In this document: piece by piece, positions 19,618 to 29,173 of the stretch
How positions within the stretch are numbered: position 1 is the first letter of the stretch
Layout: every line of letters begins with the position of its first letter
Assembly: GCA_965200315.1 (NCBI GenBank)
Contig: OZ241362.1
Coordinates: forward strand, 3,328,001-3,392,000
DNA length: 64,000 nt
Source of the DNA: Candidatus Latescibacterota bacterium
GTDB lineage: Bacteria; Latescibacterota; UBA2968; UBA8231
Direction of reading: 5' to 3'
Notes under the pieces: model-generated
What the model saw: only the letters and a program-made list of their open reading frames with translations
What the model was told of the DNA's origin: nothing
Databases searched by the model: none
Translations under genes and position numbers: made by a program

Positions 19618-20216
19618 ATAGATTCTCCTTGATAGATGGTGGTTTCGGCGACGACCATGTCCACGGGCACATCGTGCAGTTCGCCGGGAATGCAGTCGAG
19701 GACTAGCGAGTCGTAGCACAGCCCTATTTTGACGCCTTGGACTTGCGCGAGAAAGCGGTCGTAGTAGCCGCCGCCCCAGCCGATGCGCTGCCCGCGCCGG
19801 TCAAAGGCAAGGCCCGGCACTACGACCAAGTCGATGCGAGCTACTGAGGGCAGCCAAGTGGCCGCGGCCGGATCGGGTTGCGCTAGCCCCCAAGGACCGA
19901 CGACGAGTTGGTCTAGGTCGTTGATTAGCGCGTGGGCCAGCGTCTTTGTGCCCGGCATTACCACCGGCACGGCCACGCGCTTGCCGTGCGCAAAGCAAGT
20001 GCCGATCAACGCACGGGTATCGACCTCGTTTTCCTTGGAGACATAGGTGTGGACGAGGTTGGCCCGGCGATACGCCTCCAAGCCCAAGACCTTCTCTAAT
20101 ATGGCCTGTCCGCTGACTTCCGCTTGGCCGCGATCCAAACCCATGCGTGCAGCTATAACGCGCTTTCTGAGCCGTTCTTTGCACGTGCGCGTCGCCTCCT
20201 TCTTCATAAGTGCCAT
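19614..20216 (-). CDS. ygfA: 5-formyltetrahydrofolate cyclo-ligase
   Basis: DLVVVPGLAFD..G.RIGWGGGYYDRFL and HDVPVD motifs. Confidence 0.93.
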   Translation of the reverse strand: MALMKKEATRTCKERLRKRVIAARMGLDRGQAEVSGQAILEKVLGLEAYRRANLVHTYVSKENEVDTRALIGTCFAHGKRVAVPVVMPGTKTLAHALINDLDQLVVGPWGLAQPDPAAATWLPSVARIDLVVVPGLAFDRRGQRIGWGGGYYDRFLAQVQGVKIGLCYDSLVLDCIPGELHDVPVDMVVAETTIYQGESI

Positions 20217-20362
20217 AATACTGGCACCTAGAATGGGCGTCAAGCGCGTGTGGCACCTAGGGTTTCTTGACGAATATGAGCCTTTCCCCTAGATTGACTA
20301 GGATGGGCGCGGCCTTGTTTTTTCAAGGCAGGACGCGCCCAAATCTATGACAGGGGCCGTGG

Positions 20363-21205
20363 ATGGCCGCCACAGAAACCCACCAAATCATCCTTACTAT
20401 GAGTCCTCAGGCGCTGCCGCTCGAAATTTCTCCCCGCGAATACCACCCGGTAAAACCCCTCCATCCCGAAGAGGACTTCCGCATCCAGCAGCGCCTCAAG
20501 GACGAAGGAAACCTGCCGCAACACATCGCCATTATCATGGACGGTGACAGGCGCTGGGCTGTCGAGCGCAATCTGCCCAAAACCGAAGGGCATCGCTTTG
20601 GCCGCGAGTCGGTGCGCGACATTGTCCGCGCCTGCGGCCAACTGCAAATCGAGGCGCTGACCCTGTACACCTTCTCGACCGAGAACTGGTCTCGGCCCGA
20701 ATCAGAAGTAGAAGAGCTGATGCAGTGGCTGCACGAGTCGCTGCGCGACGAAGTGTCGGAACTCCACGAAAACAACGTATCGCTCAACGCCATAGGCCGC
20801 ACCGGCGCATTGTCGCCAACCGTCCAATTGGCCTTAGAGCACGCCCTCGCGCAGACCAGAGACAACACCGGCCTCAAGCTCAACTTGGCGCTCAACTACG
20901 GAGGCCGCAGCGAACTGGTCGATGCCTTCCGCAAGCTGGCCGCCGAAATAGCGGCGGGTCGGCTCTCCCCAGAAGACATCGACGAGGAACAAATCAGCGA
21001 TGCCCTCTATACAGCCGACTTGCCCGATCCGGATTTGTTGATCCGCACTAGCGGCGAAATGCGGCTGAGTAACTTCCTTCCTTGGCAGATGGTCTATACT
21101 GAAATTTGCTTTGTCGGCGACGTGCATTGGCCGGATTTTCGCCGCCAGCATCTCTACGAAGCCATTGCCGCCTATCAACAGCGACAGAGGCGCTTTGGTG
21201 GCTGA
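20363..21205 (+). CDS. uppS: Undecaprenyl diphosphate synthase
   Basis: HIAIIMDG.RRWA, FSTENW.R, NYGGR and DLLIRTSGEMRLSNF motifs; start may be ATG 20399. Confidence 0.95.
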   Translation: MAATETHQIILTMSPQALPLEISPREYHPVKPLHPEEDFRIQQRLKDEGNLPQHIAIIMDGDRRWAVERNLPKTEGHRFGRESVRDIVRACGQLQIEALTLYTFSTENWSRPESEVEELMQWLHESLRDEVSELHENNVSLNAIGRTGALSPTVQLALEHALAQTRDNTGLKLNLALNYGGRSELVDAFRKLAAEIAAGRLSPEDIDEEQISDALYTADLPDPDLLIRTSGEMRLSNFLPWQMVYTEICFVGDVHWPDFRRQHLYEAIAAYQQRQRRFGG

Positions 21206-22031
21206 CACTGCGGCAGCGGCCTCCGGACTGCGGCAGCGCGTCCTCGCGGCGGTCGTATTCGTGCCGGTGATTCTACTGCTGGTCGAAGGGGCTAGCTGGG
21301 CTCTTTTCCTCTTGGTGTTGGCCGTGGCCATGCGCTGCTCGTGGGAATATCATCACATCCTAGCGGAAGCTGGCTATCGCACCATCCGCCTGCCGGGCAG
21401 CTTGTTGGTCTTAGGGCTGTGCAGCTACTTCTGGCTACAGGGCGCAAGCGACGACCTCGTTGTGTTGCTGATGGCGGCCATCTTGCTGGTCGTGGTATGG
21501 ACCTTGTTCCAAGGCACGGAGCGCTATGCGGCCAATGCCTTTTTGACGTTGGGCGGCGTGCTCTTCTTTGGCGTCTTGGGCAGTGCGCCGCTGCTGCTTT
21601 TTCAGGCGGCCGGCAGGGGCGAGGAGGCTCACCACTTGGTGGCCGTGCTCTTTCTCTGCATCTGGCTCGCGGATTCCGGGGCGTACTTCAGCGGTCGATT
21701 TTTGGGCCGGGCCAAGCTGGCACCGGCAATCAGCCCCAATAAGACGCGGGTCGGGTGCATCGGCGGCGTAGTCGGCGGCGCCCTGCCCATACCCTTGGGC
21801 TTTTTGCTGCCCTCCTTTTCTACGGAGTCGCTGCTGGGGCTTTTGCTCGTCGCGGGCATCGGTGCGCAGGTAGGCGATTTGGTGGAATCGGCCTTTAAGC
21901 GCGACATGGGTATCAAGGACGCGCCGATGCTGATCCCAGGCCACGGCGGCCTACTCGACCGCTTTGACTCCTATTTTTTGGCCTTTCCGCTGGCGTATCT
22001 CTATGTCGATGTGCTGGCCGTTTTTTCTTGA
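21198..22031 (+). CDS. cdsA: Phosphatidate cytidylyltransferase
   Basis: ISPNKT and GDLVESAFKR..GIKD...IPGHGGLLDRFDS motifs; GTG start overlaps the uppS end. Confidence 0.93.
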   Translation: MADTAAAASGLRQRVLAAVVFVPVILLLVEGASWALFLLVLAVAMRCSWEYHHILAEAGYRTIRLPGSLLVLGLCSYFWLQGASDDLVVLLMAAILLVVVWTLFQGTERYAANAFLTLGGVLFFGVLGSAPLLLFQAAGRGEEAHHLVAVLFLCIWLADSGAYFSGRFLGRAKLAPAISPNKTRVGCIGGVVGGALPIPLGFLLPSFSTESLLGLLLVAGIGAQVGDLVESAFKRDMGIKDAPMLIPGHGGLLDRFDSYFLAFPLAYLYVDVLAVFS

Positions 22032-22044
22032 GATGGATTAGAGT

Positions 22045-23355
22045 ATGCTCGATACCCTCACTACTATTGCCTCGTTTCTCATCGCCTTAGGTGTCTTGGT
22101 CTTCGTCCACGAGTTGGGCCACTTTCTGGTCGCCAAATGGGCGGGCATCCGCGTCGAGCGCTTCTCCTTGGGCTACCCACCCAAGATGATCGGCTTTACC
22201 CGCGGCGAAACCGAGTACTGCATCTCTTGGATCCCCTTTGGTGGCTACGTCAAGGTAGCTGGCATGGCCGATGTGGGTACCGAGGAAACCACTGGCGCAC
22301 ACTGGGAATTCCCCTCTAGATCGGTGGGGATCCGCATGGCGGTCATCGCCGCTGGCCCAGCGATGAACTTCCTCTTCGCCTTCGCGGCCCTGATATTCCT
22401 CTTTCGCGTTTATGGAATCGACTCCTTCGATAGCACTCGCGTCGCTCCCCAAGAGAATTCCCTCGCCGCCGAGGTCGGTCTGGTGCGCGGCGATCGCGTG
22501 CGCACTGTCGGCGGTACGCCCGTCGACAATGCCTACGAGCTGGCCAGTGCCTTGGAAGAGATCGCAAGCCGCGGTGCCATGCTCGAAGTTGAACGCGACG
22601 GCATCCCCTTGACCTTCGACCTGCCACCCGCGGGCGACGAGGGCTATGGAGTGCAGTTGATGCGCCCCACCACGGTGGGGTACGTTGAGCCCGGGATGCC
22701 AGCCGACAGCCTCGGCCTGCAAGTGGGCGACATCATTCTCGCCATCGGCCAAGCTCCGGTTATGAGCTGGGCCGAGATGAGCGAGGAAATCCGCCGCTAT
22801 CCGGGCGAGACGATTCCGTTGGTTTGGGAGCGCGACAGCCAGCGCATGGAGCAGCTCATTACCCCGGCAGCCCACCGCGAGGGAGAAGCGTTTGTGGGTC
22901 GCATTGGCATCGGCCCGCAGGCCTCGCGCCACACCGTTGGGTTGGGACGAGCCGTGGTGCTGGGTGGCTTGGGCGTGTACAATTCCTCTTGGCTGATCCT
23001 CGACTTTTTGGGCGAGCTTTTCCAAGGCGACCGTTCGACCGACGAATTGGGCGGCCCGTTGCGCATTGCTCAGCTAGCCGGACAGACCGCCGAGCAGGGC
23101 TTGCACTCCTTCATCGACTTCCTCGCCATACTCAGCGTCAACTTGGCGATTATCAACCTCCTGCCCATTCCCGTGCTCGATGGCGGCCACTTGACCTTCC
23201 TCACGCTAGAGGGCATCATGCGCCGACCACTCTCGTTGCGCCAGCGCGAGATCTCTCAGCAGATCGGCTTGGCCATCATGCTGGTCATCATGGTGCTGGT
23301 CACGTTCAACGACCTCAATCAGATGGTCTTCCGCCACATCGCGGAGATGTTCTAA
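22045..23355 (+). CDS. rseP: RIP metalloprotease RseP
   Basis: HELGH, two PDZ domains and NLLPIPVLDGG. Confidence 0.95.
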   Translation: MLDTLTTIASFLIALGVLVFVHELGHFLVAKWAGIRVERFSLGYPPKMIGFTRGETEYCISWIPFGGYVKVAGMADVGTEETTGAHWEFPSRSVGIRMAVIAAGPAMNFLFAFAALIFLFRVYGIDSFDSTRVAPQENSLAAEVGLVRGDRVRTVGGTPVDNAYELASALEEIASRGAMLEVERDGIPLTFDLPPAGDEGYGVQLMRPTTVGYVEPGMPADSLGLQVGDIILAIGQAPVMSWAEMSEEIRRYPGETIPLVWERDSQRMEQLITPAAHREGEAFVGRIGIGPQASRHTVGLGRAVVLGGLGVYNSSWLILDFLGELFQGDRSTDELGGPLRIAQLAGQTAEQGLHSFIDFLAILSVNLAIINLLPIPVLDGGHLTFLTLEGIMRRPLSLRQREISQQIGLAIMLVIMVLVTFNDLNQMVFRHIAEMF

Positions 23356-23376
23356 TAGCTGCTTGCGCGGCCCGGC

Positions 23377-24489
23377 ATGTCGCTGACCGAACAAATTCGC
23401 CACAAGGCCCGCGCCTTGGGCTTTACCTCGGTCGGTTTTGCTCCGGCCGACCCGTTAAAAGGGGCCGAGTTTTACGCCCGCTGGGTGGCCTTGGGCTACG
23501 CCGGCCAGATGGATTACCTCAAACGCTACCTCGACAAGCGCGAGGATCCACGCCGGATGGTCCCCGGTGCCCAGACCGCCATTTGCCTCAGCATGAGTTA
23601 CTATCAGCCCACGCCGGCGGCATCCGACCCTCTGCGCGGTCGGATCGCTTGTTACGCGCGCGGCGACGACTACCACGACGTTGTCAAAAAACGCTTGGCA
23701 GCACTGTGGGAATTCATCTTAGCCGAGGCCGGGGCGCAGACCAAAGGCCGCTATTTTGTGGATACGGCCCCGGTCCTAGAGCGCGAGCTCGCCCAGCGGG
23801 CGGGCTTGGGTTGGTGGGGTAAGAACACCTGCCTGATCGATAAGCACCGCGGCTCCTATTGCTTTTTGGCCGAGATCATCACCGACCTCGAACTCGACTA
23901 CGACGAACCCGCCCCAGACCACTGTGGCACCTGTACGCGCTGCCTAGACGCCTGCCCCACCGACGCCTTCCCCGAGCCGTATGTGCTCGATGCCCAGCGC
24001 TGCATCTCCTATCTCAACATCGAACTCAAGGGGTCGATTCCCCGCGACCTGCGCCAAGGCATGGGCCAATGGATATTTGGCTGCGATGTCTGTCAGGAGG
24101 TGTGCCCGTGGAACCGCAAGGCCGAGCCGGCTCCAGAACCGGCTTACAAGAGCCGGGCCGGCCTCGACAACCCGGCGCTCCTCGACCTGATCCAACTCGA
24201 CCGCGAAGCCTTCAACTCACTATTTCGCCGCAACCCGGTCAAGCGTCCCAAGCGCCGCGGCTTTTTGCGCAACGTCGCCGTGGCCTTGGGCAATTCAGGC
24301 ATGCAGGCCGCCGCGCCAGCCCTGATAAAAGCACTCGACGACGAAGAGCCGCTAGTGCGCGGCCACGTAGCTTGGGCACTCGGTCAACTCGGGGGCGATG
24401 AGGCAAAAAGGGCGCTCAAACGGCGCTTGGAAATAGAAGAAGATGCGGAAGTGCGCGGGGAACTAAAAGACGCGCTGGCCGTGCTGTAA
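23377..24489 (+). CDS. queG: tRNA epoxyqueuosine reductase
   Basis: YARGDDYH, DTAPVLER, CGTCTRCLDACP, GCDVCQEVCPWN and C-terminal HEAT repeats. Confidence 0.95.
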   Translation: MSLTEQIRHKARALGFTSVGFAPADPLKGAEFYARWVALGYAGQMDYLKRYLDKREDPRRMVPGAQTAICLSMSYYQPTPAASDPLRGRIACYARGDDYHDVVKKRLAALWEFILAEAGAQTKGRYFVDTAPVLERELAQRAGLGWWGKNTCLIDKHRGSYCFLAEIITDLELDYDEPAPDHCGTCTRCLDACPTDAFPEPYVLDAQRCISYLNIELKGSIPRDLRQGMGQWIFGCDVCQEVCPWNRKAEPAPEPAYKSRAGLDNPALLDLIQLDREAFNSLFRRNPVKRPKRRGFLRNVAVALGNSGMQAAAPALIKALDDEEPLVRGHVAWALGQLGGDEAKRALKRRLEIEEDAEVRGELKDALAVL

Positions 24490-24608
24490 TACCGATTTGC
24501 TTTTTTAGTGTCATCCTACCCGCTTGCCTTCAAGGGGCCGCTTCCTCCCCCTCCCGCAGAGGACGGGACGAACAAGAGGCCATCAGGACAGCAAATAGGT
24601 ATAAGCCC

Positions 24609-25532
24609 TCACTCGGAGAACAAGGCTCGGGCGAATGCCGCCGCGTCAAACGGCTGCAAGTCGTCCACCCCCTCGCCCACCCCAATCAACTTCACCGGTA
24701 GGTCCATTTGCCGCCGCAGCGCGACGACGATCCCGCCCTTAGCCGTTCCGTCCAGCTTGGTCAGCACCAATCCGGTCAACTCGGTAGCTTGATTGAAGGC
24801 TTGCGCCTGCGACAGCGCGTTTTGGCCGTTGGTCCCGTCGAGGACTAGCAGGGTTTCGTGCGGGGCGGCCGGGTCTTGCTTGGCCAGTGAACGGCGGATC
24901 TTCTTGAGCTCCTCCATCAAGTTGATCTTGTTGTGCAGGCGGCCGGCCGTATCTACTAGCAGCACATCGGCCCCGCGCGACTTGGCCGCAGCGAGCGCAT
25001 CGAAGGCTACGGCCGCCGGGTCGGCCCCGCGCTGCGTGCGTATCAGATCGGCCCCGGCCCGCTCCGCCCATATCGCCAGTTGTGGGATAGCCGCAGCCCG
25101 AAACGTGTCGCCGGCCGCGAGCACTACCTTCTTGCCGGCATCGGCGTAGCACTTGGCCAGCTTGCCGGCGGTCGTCGTTTTGCCGGTGCCGTTGACGCCG
25201 ACGATCAGCACGACAAATGGCTTGCCCGGTAGCTCGCCCGACAGGGGCAAGGCCGCGCCATTGCCGAGGGCCATCATCGCGGCTACTTGCTCCTCCAGCA
25301 CCTGCATCACCCCGGCTGGCCCGTCCGCTAGCTGCCCGCGCCTGAGCCGCTCGCGCAACTGGTCAATGAGTTCGGTAGCTGTCTCCAGCCCCATGTCAGC
25401 ACCAATCAGCGCGGCTTCGATATCGTCGATGGCGTCGTCGTCCAAGCGGGGGTTGCCGGCGATCACCTCAGTCATCGCCTGCCGCGTCCGCGCCAACCCC
25501 TGTTTTACTTTGTCGAGAAACTTACCGAGCAT
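24609..25532 (-). CDS. ftsY: Signal recognition particle receptor FtsY
   Basis: [22 protein letters not shown] and [10 protein letters not shown]; ATG 25532 after GAGGA. Confidence 0.96.
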   Translation of the reverse strand: MLGKFLDKVKQGLARTRQAMTEVIAGNPRLDDDAIDDIEAALIGADMGLETATELIDQLRERLRRGQLADGPAGVMQVLEEQVAAMMALGNGAALPLSGELPGKPFVVLIVGVNGTGKTTTAGKLAKCYADAGKKVVLAAGDTFRAAAIPQLAIWAERAGADLIRTQRGADPAAVAFDALAAAKSRGADVLLVDTAGRLHNKINLMEELKKIRRSLAKQDPAAPHETLLVLDGTNGQNALSQAQAFNQATELTGLVLTKLDGTAKGGIVVALRRQMDLPVKLIGVGEGVDDLQPFDAAAFARALFSE

Positions 25533-25631
25533 GAATCCTCGTCTTTCGGTTACGCCACCTAAGATGCAAAGAGGAATGACAAAAATGGAACTTAGTGTAT
25601 CGGAATTTCCTACTTTAAGGTCTTTTAGTTC

Positions 25632-25660
25632 TTGACTTCTTTGCCTGTTTTTGGTATCTT
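25632..25660 (+). promoter_or_regulatory. Sigma70-type promoter for the transposase
   Basis: TTGACT-N17-TATCTT. Confidence 0.6.
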
Positions 25661-25689
25661 CTATGTAGTTAATGATAGGAGAAGATGCC

Positions 25690-26571
25690 ATGAACATCTT
25701 AGAAGTTTTCGAGCAGTTCCCTACTCAAGAATCCTGCATCAAGTATCTCGAAAAAGTGCGTTGGGGCGATACGGTTGTTTGCCCCTATTGCCAGAGCGAG
25801 CGCACGGCCCCCGCAGAACATCGCCACCGTTGCTACAACTGTAAAACCTCGTTTAGTGTAACGGTCGGCACCATCTTTCACCATACTCATTTACCCCTAC
25901 AAAAGTGGTTCTTGGCAATTATGCTGATGATTAATGCCAAGAAGGGAATCTCTGCGCTCCAACTTTCCCGCGATCTAAAAGTGAACAAGAACACGGCTTG
26001 GCGAATGAACATGCAAATTCGTAAAGCGATGAACCAAGTCGAGCATCGCAACATCTTGCAAGGTATCGTCGAGATGGATGAAACCTATATCGGAGGTAAG
26101 CCCCGCAAAGGCACTAAGGGCGATGGGAAAGATGGCAAGCATAAGCCCGGTCGCGGCACAAAGAAAGCCCCTGTCATTGGAGCCGTTGAGCGTGAAGGCT
26201 CGGTCGCGGCCAAAGCCGTCGATAAGAAGAACATGAAGGGTCGCAATATGCGGGCTTTCGTCCGCCAGCACGTCAACACCGAGGAATCGAGCCTCTACAC
26301 CGACGAGTACAAAGCCTACATGGGTATGTCTAAGGTGCTCCCTCATTCGGTGATCCGCCATTCTGATTGGTACGTGGACGGCGATGTTCACACCAACACC
26401 ATCGAGAGTTTTTGGGCACTGCTCAAGCGTGGCATGTTCGGCCAGTTCCACAGTGTATCGAGGCGACACCTACAACGCTACGTCGATGAGTTTTGCTATC
26501 GCTACAACCTCCGCAGAGCAACGCCTGAGTTCGCTTTTAACCTCACGATCAATCGAGCATTGGGAGTGTAA
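25690..26571 (+). CDS. IS1595-family (ISXO2-like) DDE transposase
   Basis: Zn ribbon CPYC...CYNC, HTH, VEMDETY, TDEY, TNTIESFW and YVDEFCYRYN. Confidence 0.96.
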   Translation: MNILEVFEQFPTQESCIKYLEKVRWGDTVVCPYCQSERTAPAEHRHRCYNCKTSFSVTVGTIFHHTHLPLQKWFLAIMLMINAKKGISALQLSRDLKVNKNTAWRMNMQIRKAMNQVEHRNILQGIVEMDETYIGGKPRKGTKGDGKDGKHKPGRGTKKAPVIGAVEREGSVAAKAVDKKNMKGRNMRAFVRQHVNTEESSLYTDEYKAYMGMSKVLPHSVIRHSDWYVDGDVHTNTIESFWALLKRGMFGQFHSVSRRHLQRYVDEFCYRYNLRRATPEFAFNLTINRALGV

Positions 26572-26573
26572 AG

Positions 26574-27479
26574 ATGAGCAAACAGGAACCGCTGAAAGTA
26601 ATCGCCGGAGCACCAGATCGACCTTTGGTAATCGGCGAAGTTGAAATACCTTGCTATGTGCTGGAAGATGAAACGCGCGTTCTTACTCAAGCAGGATTTT
26701 CAGAGGCACTAGGGCGTTCTCCCAAGCCTACAGGCCCCGGAGCAGAGCAGCAAGTCGCAGACTTGCCCGCTTTTTTGCGCTCTGAACGCCTTAAACCATT
26801 CATTTCCAATACTTTAAGCAAGTCGCTAACTCCGGTTAGATTTAGACTCCCAACAGGAGGAAGAATTGCGCTTGGATATGATGCGATTCTACTGCCCCAA
26901 GTTTGTGAAGTGTATCTCAAAGCCCGCGATGCTAATATGCTGCTACCTAATCAAGCTCATGTCGCAGTTCAGGCCGAGATACTTATGCGTAGCCTTGCCA
27001 CAGTGGGCGTAATTGCCCTTGTGGACGAGGCGACGGGCTACCAGCGCATACGCGAAGAACGCGCCCTTGCAACCATTCTTGAGAAGTTCATCGCCAAAGA
27101 GTTTCAACCTTGGACCAAGACATTTCCCTACGAGTTCTACAATCAGATATTTCGCCTCAAGGGCTGGCCCGGCCCCAATGGTGTTGCGCGGCCGTCCGTA
27201 ATAGGCCATTACACCAATGACATTGTGTACAGTCGCCTAGCGCCGGGCGTCCTCGACGAGCTGCGGCGTGTCAATCCTACGCTCCCCAGCGGCAAGGGTC
27301 GCCGCAACACGCACCACCAGTGGTTCACACCCGATCTGGGCCACCCCAAGCTCAAAGAGCATCTGGCCGCCGTTGCTGCCTTGATGAAGGCATCGTCTAA
27401 CTGGAACATCTTTATGCGTAATCTGAATCGAGCACTTCCAAAGGGCGAGCAGCAACTTGAGTTATTGTTAGAGGATTGA
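26574..27479 (+). CDS. P63C-domain protein (phage Mx8 p63 C-terminal-like)
   Basis: EIPCYVLED..RVL, ALVDEATGYQ..RE..AL, W.KTFP.EFY and Y.RLAPGVL.EL...HHQW motifs. Confidence 0.85.
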   Translation: MSKQEPLKVIAGAPDRPLVIGEVEIPCYVLEDETRVLTQAGFSEALGRSPKPTGPGAEQQVADLPAFLRSERLKPFISNTLSKSLTPVRFRLPTGGRIALGYDAILLPQVCEVYLKARDANMLLPNQAHVAVQAEILMRSLATVGVIALVDEATGYQRIREERALATILEKFIAKEFQPWTKTFPYEFYNQIFRLKGWPGPNGVARPSVIGHYTNDIVYSRLAPGVLDELRRVNPTLPSGKGRRNTHHQWFTPDLGHPKLKEHLAAVAALMKASSNWNIFMRNLNRALPKGEQQLELLLED

Positions 27480-27677
27480 GTAACGAGAAGATTCGCTGTC
27501 TAAAATGGATTCAAAGGCGTCTAATAAAGGATGATCTTTTTGCATCAATGCTATATCACAGCGCGGGCAATATAGGGCATCTTCAAAGTTTGATGTTCTA
27601 TTTCCACATCTCTTTCCGTTTTCCCTGATGTTTCCGCATTGTCTGCGGCTCCTATTTCGCCTGTCTCTACTTTTCAT
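27468..27677 (-). CDS. Small basic Cys-rich (putative Zn-binding) protein
   Basis: ATG overlaps the REase TGA (ATGA); C-x8-C-x12-CPRC; 69 aa. Confidence 0.5.
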   Translation of the reverse strand: MKSRDRRNRSRRQCGNIRENGKRCGNRTSNFEDALYCPRCDIALMQKDHPLLDAFESILDSESSRYSIL

Positions 27678-28309
27678 GGTGGCAATGAATGGTCTAAAAT
27701 AGCCTTGCAATATCGTCTGATTTCATCGGAGGGAGATAATCTATTGGATAGATGTTCAAAGAGTTGGTGAATGGCATTACGATGTCCAGTGACTAAGTGA
27801 TAGAAGCTCGCGCCTTCCATCTCAATAACTCTGTGTGCGATGGTTGTTTGGTATCGTATGGGCGTTTTGGGAATGATTAAGACAAGGGCGGCTGTCCAGT
27901 CAGTCGGTTCTCTGCTAATTGAGCTAGACAGTTTTCGTATAGTGCCTTTTTTGTCGTTATCATTCAAGGTGTTGTGCTTATTCTTTAGCTCAACAATCAT
28001 CTTTTGTTTTTCAGACCTCAAATCATAGCCACGATTATAGTTTTCCCACCCTGCTACGGACCCTAGTATCCCTTGGTGAAAGTGGCCTATTGCATTGCTC
28101 GATCCTCGCGTGGCAGATTCAGTGTCTTGTGAGAAGCTCAATTCTTCGGCTGTCGTCATTCCGAATGTTTCTGCAATCATAAGACTTGAAAACGGATCAA
28201 CGACATTCCTTTTTCTTCTCTCCTCCGCCTTATTGAGTGCGTCTTTGTAGCTTGTTTTCAGCCGTTCAAGTTCTCGCTCAAAGTCAGCCTCAGAAACCCA
28301 AGGGAGCAT
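27674..28309 (-). CDS. Eco47II-family restriction endonuclease
   Basis: DPFS, NAIGHFHQGILG, YDL...ELKNKHNTLN and GASFYHLVTG motifs. Confidence 0.82.
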   Translation of the reverse strand: MLPWVSEADFERELERLKTSYKDALNKAEERRKRNVVDPFSSLMIAETFGMTTAEELSFSQDTESATRGSSNAIGHFHQGILGSVAGWENYNRGYDLRSEKQKMIVELKNKHNTLNDNDKKGTIRKLSSSISREPTDWTAALVLIIPKTPIRYQTTIAHRVIEMEGASFYHLVTGHRNAIHQLFEHLSNRLSPSDEIRRYCKAILDHSLPP

Positions 28310-29108
28310 ATGCAGTATCCTTTACGTTTTCGGCTTCTAGCTCAATGCCGACAGGGGTGCGATTGAGCTTCAGGGCAACTCTAAAAGTTGTTCCTGATCC
28401 AAGAAAGGGATCTAGGACAACATCACCGGGATCCGTGAATAGTTCGATAAAAAAGGTTGGTAGCCATTCGGGAAAGGCCGCAGAATGACCGGTATTATGG
28501 CAGACGGGTGCTTTGTGTAGGACGTTGCTAGGATACACCTTTTCTCGACCAGACCAAGCGGAGATGTTGCGACCAATCCCTGATTTGGTCGCAGAATTAT
28601 TACGTGTGTAATCTCTTTCACCCATGTTCTTTAGTCGAGCTTTTGTCCATTCTCCGGCTGGCACCATGACGTTTTCTTGGTTCATTTTGAACTCGTTGGT
28701 CTTGGAAAAATGCAAAAGTCTTTCCCATCCATCTCGAAACCGATACTTCCACTTGCCGGGTGCCGATGTCGTCTTGTGCCAGATATACTCCTCGACCCAC
28801 CTGAAACCGACTTCTCTTTTGAGCGCACTTATCAGGTCTAAGACGTAGAGGTGTCTTTCTCCATTGGCGGCCCTTTCTTTGATGTTCAGCACAAAGGAAC
28901 CCGATGGCTTTAGCACTCGTAGCATCTGCTCTCCTATCGGAAGAAACCATTCGACATAGAGATCGGGGTGGACGCCTCCATAGGTGTGTTTTCTCGCGTC
29001 GGCATAGGGCGGAGAAGTTACGATAAGATCAATGCTTTCGTCTGGGAAATCCTGCATAACATCAAGGCAGTTTCCGATATGAACGTCATTCATCCAGTCG
29101 GACTTCAT
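28290..29108 (-). CDS. Beta-class N4/N6 DNA methyltransferase
   Basis: TSPPY precedes DPFLGSGTT; H.A.FP motif. Confidence 0.93.
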   Translation of the reverse strand: MKSDWMNDVHIGNCLDVMQDFPDESIDLIVTSPPYADARKHTYGGVHPDLYVEWFLPIGEQMLRVLKPSGSFVLNIKERAANGERHLYVLDLISALKREVGFRWVEEYIWHKTTSAPGKWKYRFRDGWERLLHFSKTNEFKMNQENVMVPAGEWTKARLKNMGERDYTRNNSATKSGIGRNISAWSGREKVYPSNVLHKAPVCHNTGHSAAFPEWLPTFFIELFTDPGDVVLDPFLGSGTTFRVALKLNRTPVGIELEAENVKDTAYAPLGF

Positions 29109-29144
29109 TATTTTCCTTTCGTTTAGCCGTAGCGGATAGCCCGT

Positions 29145-29173
29145 AAAATAGGGGTTGCAAAATGGAAAGTCAA
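29145..29173 (-). promoter_or_regulatory. Sigma70-type promoter at the right IS end, driving the MTase-REase operon
   Basis: TTGACT-N17-TATTTT on the minus strand; GAAAGGA RBS before the MTase ATG. Confidence 0.55.

Noticed and set aside
20217-20362. 6S RNA upstream of the ygfA-type gene
   Set aside because: The gap is only about 145 bp, is shared by divergent promoters, and has just a short hairpin.
25533-25697. N-terminal extension of FtsY in the ORF track
   Set aside because: It runs through the IS end; the real start is ATG 25532 with an RBS.
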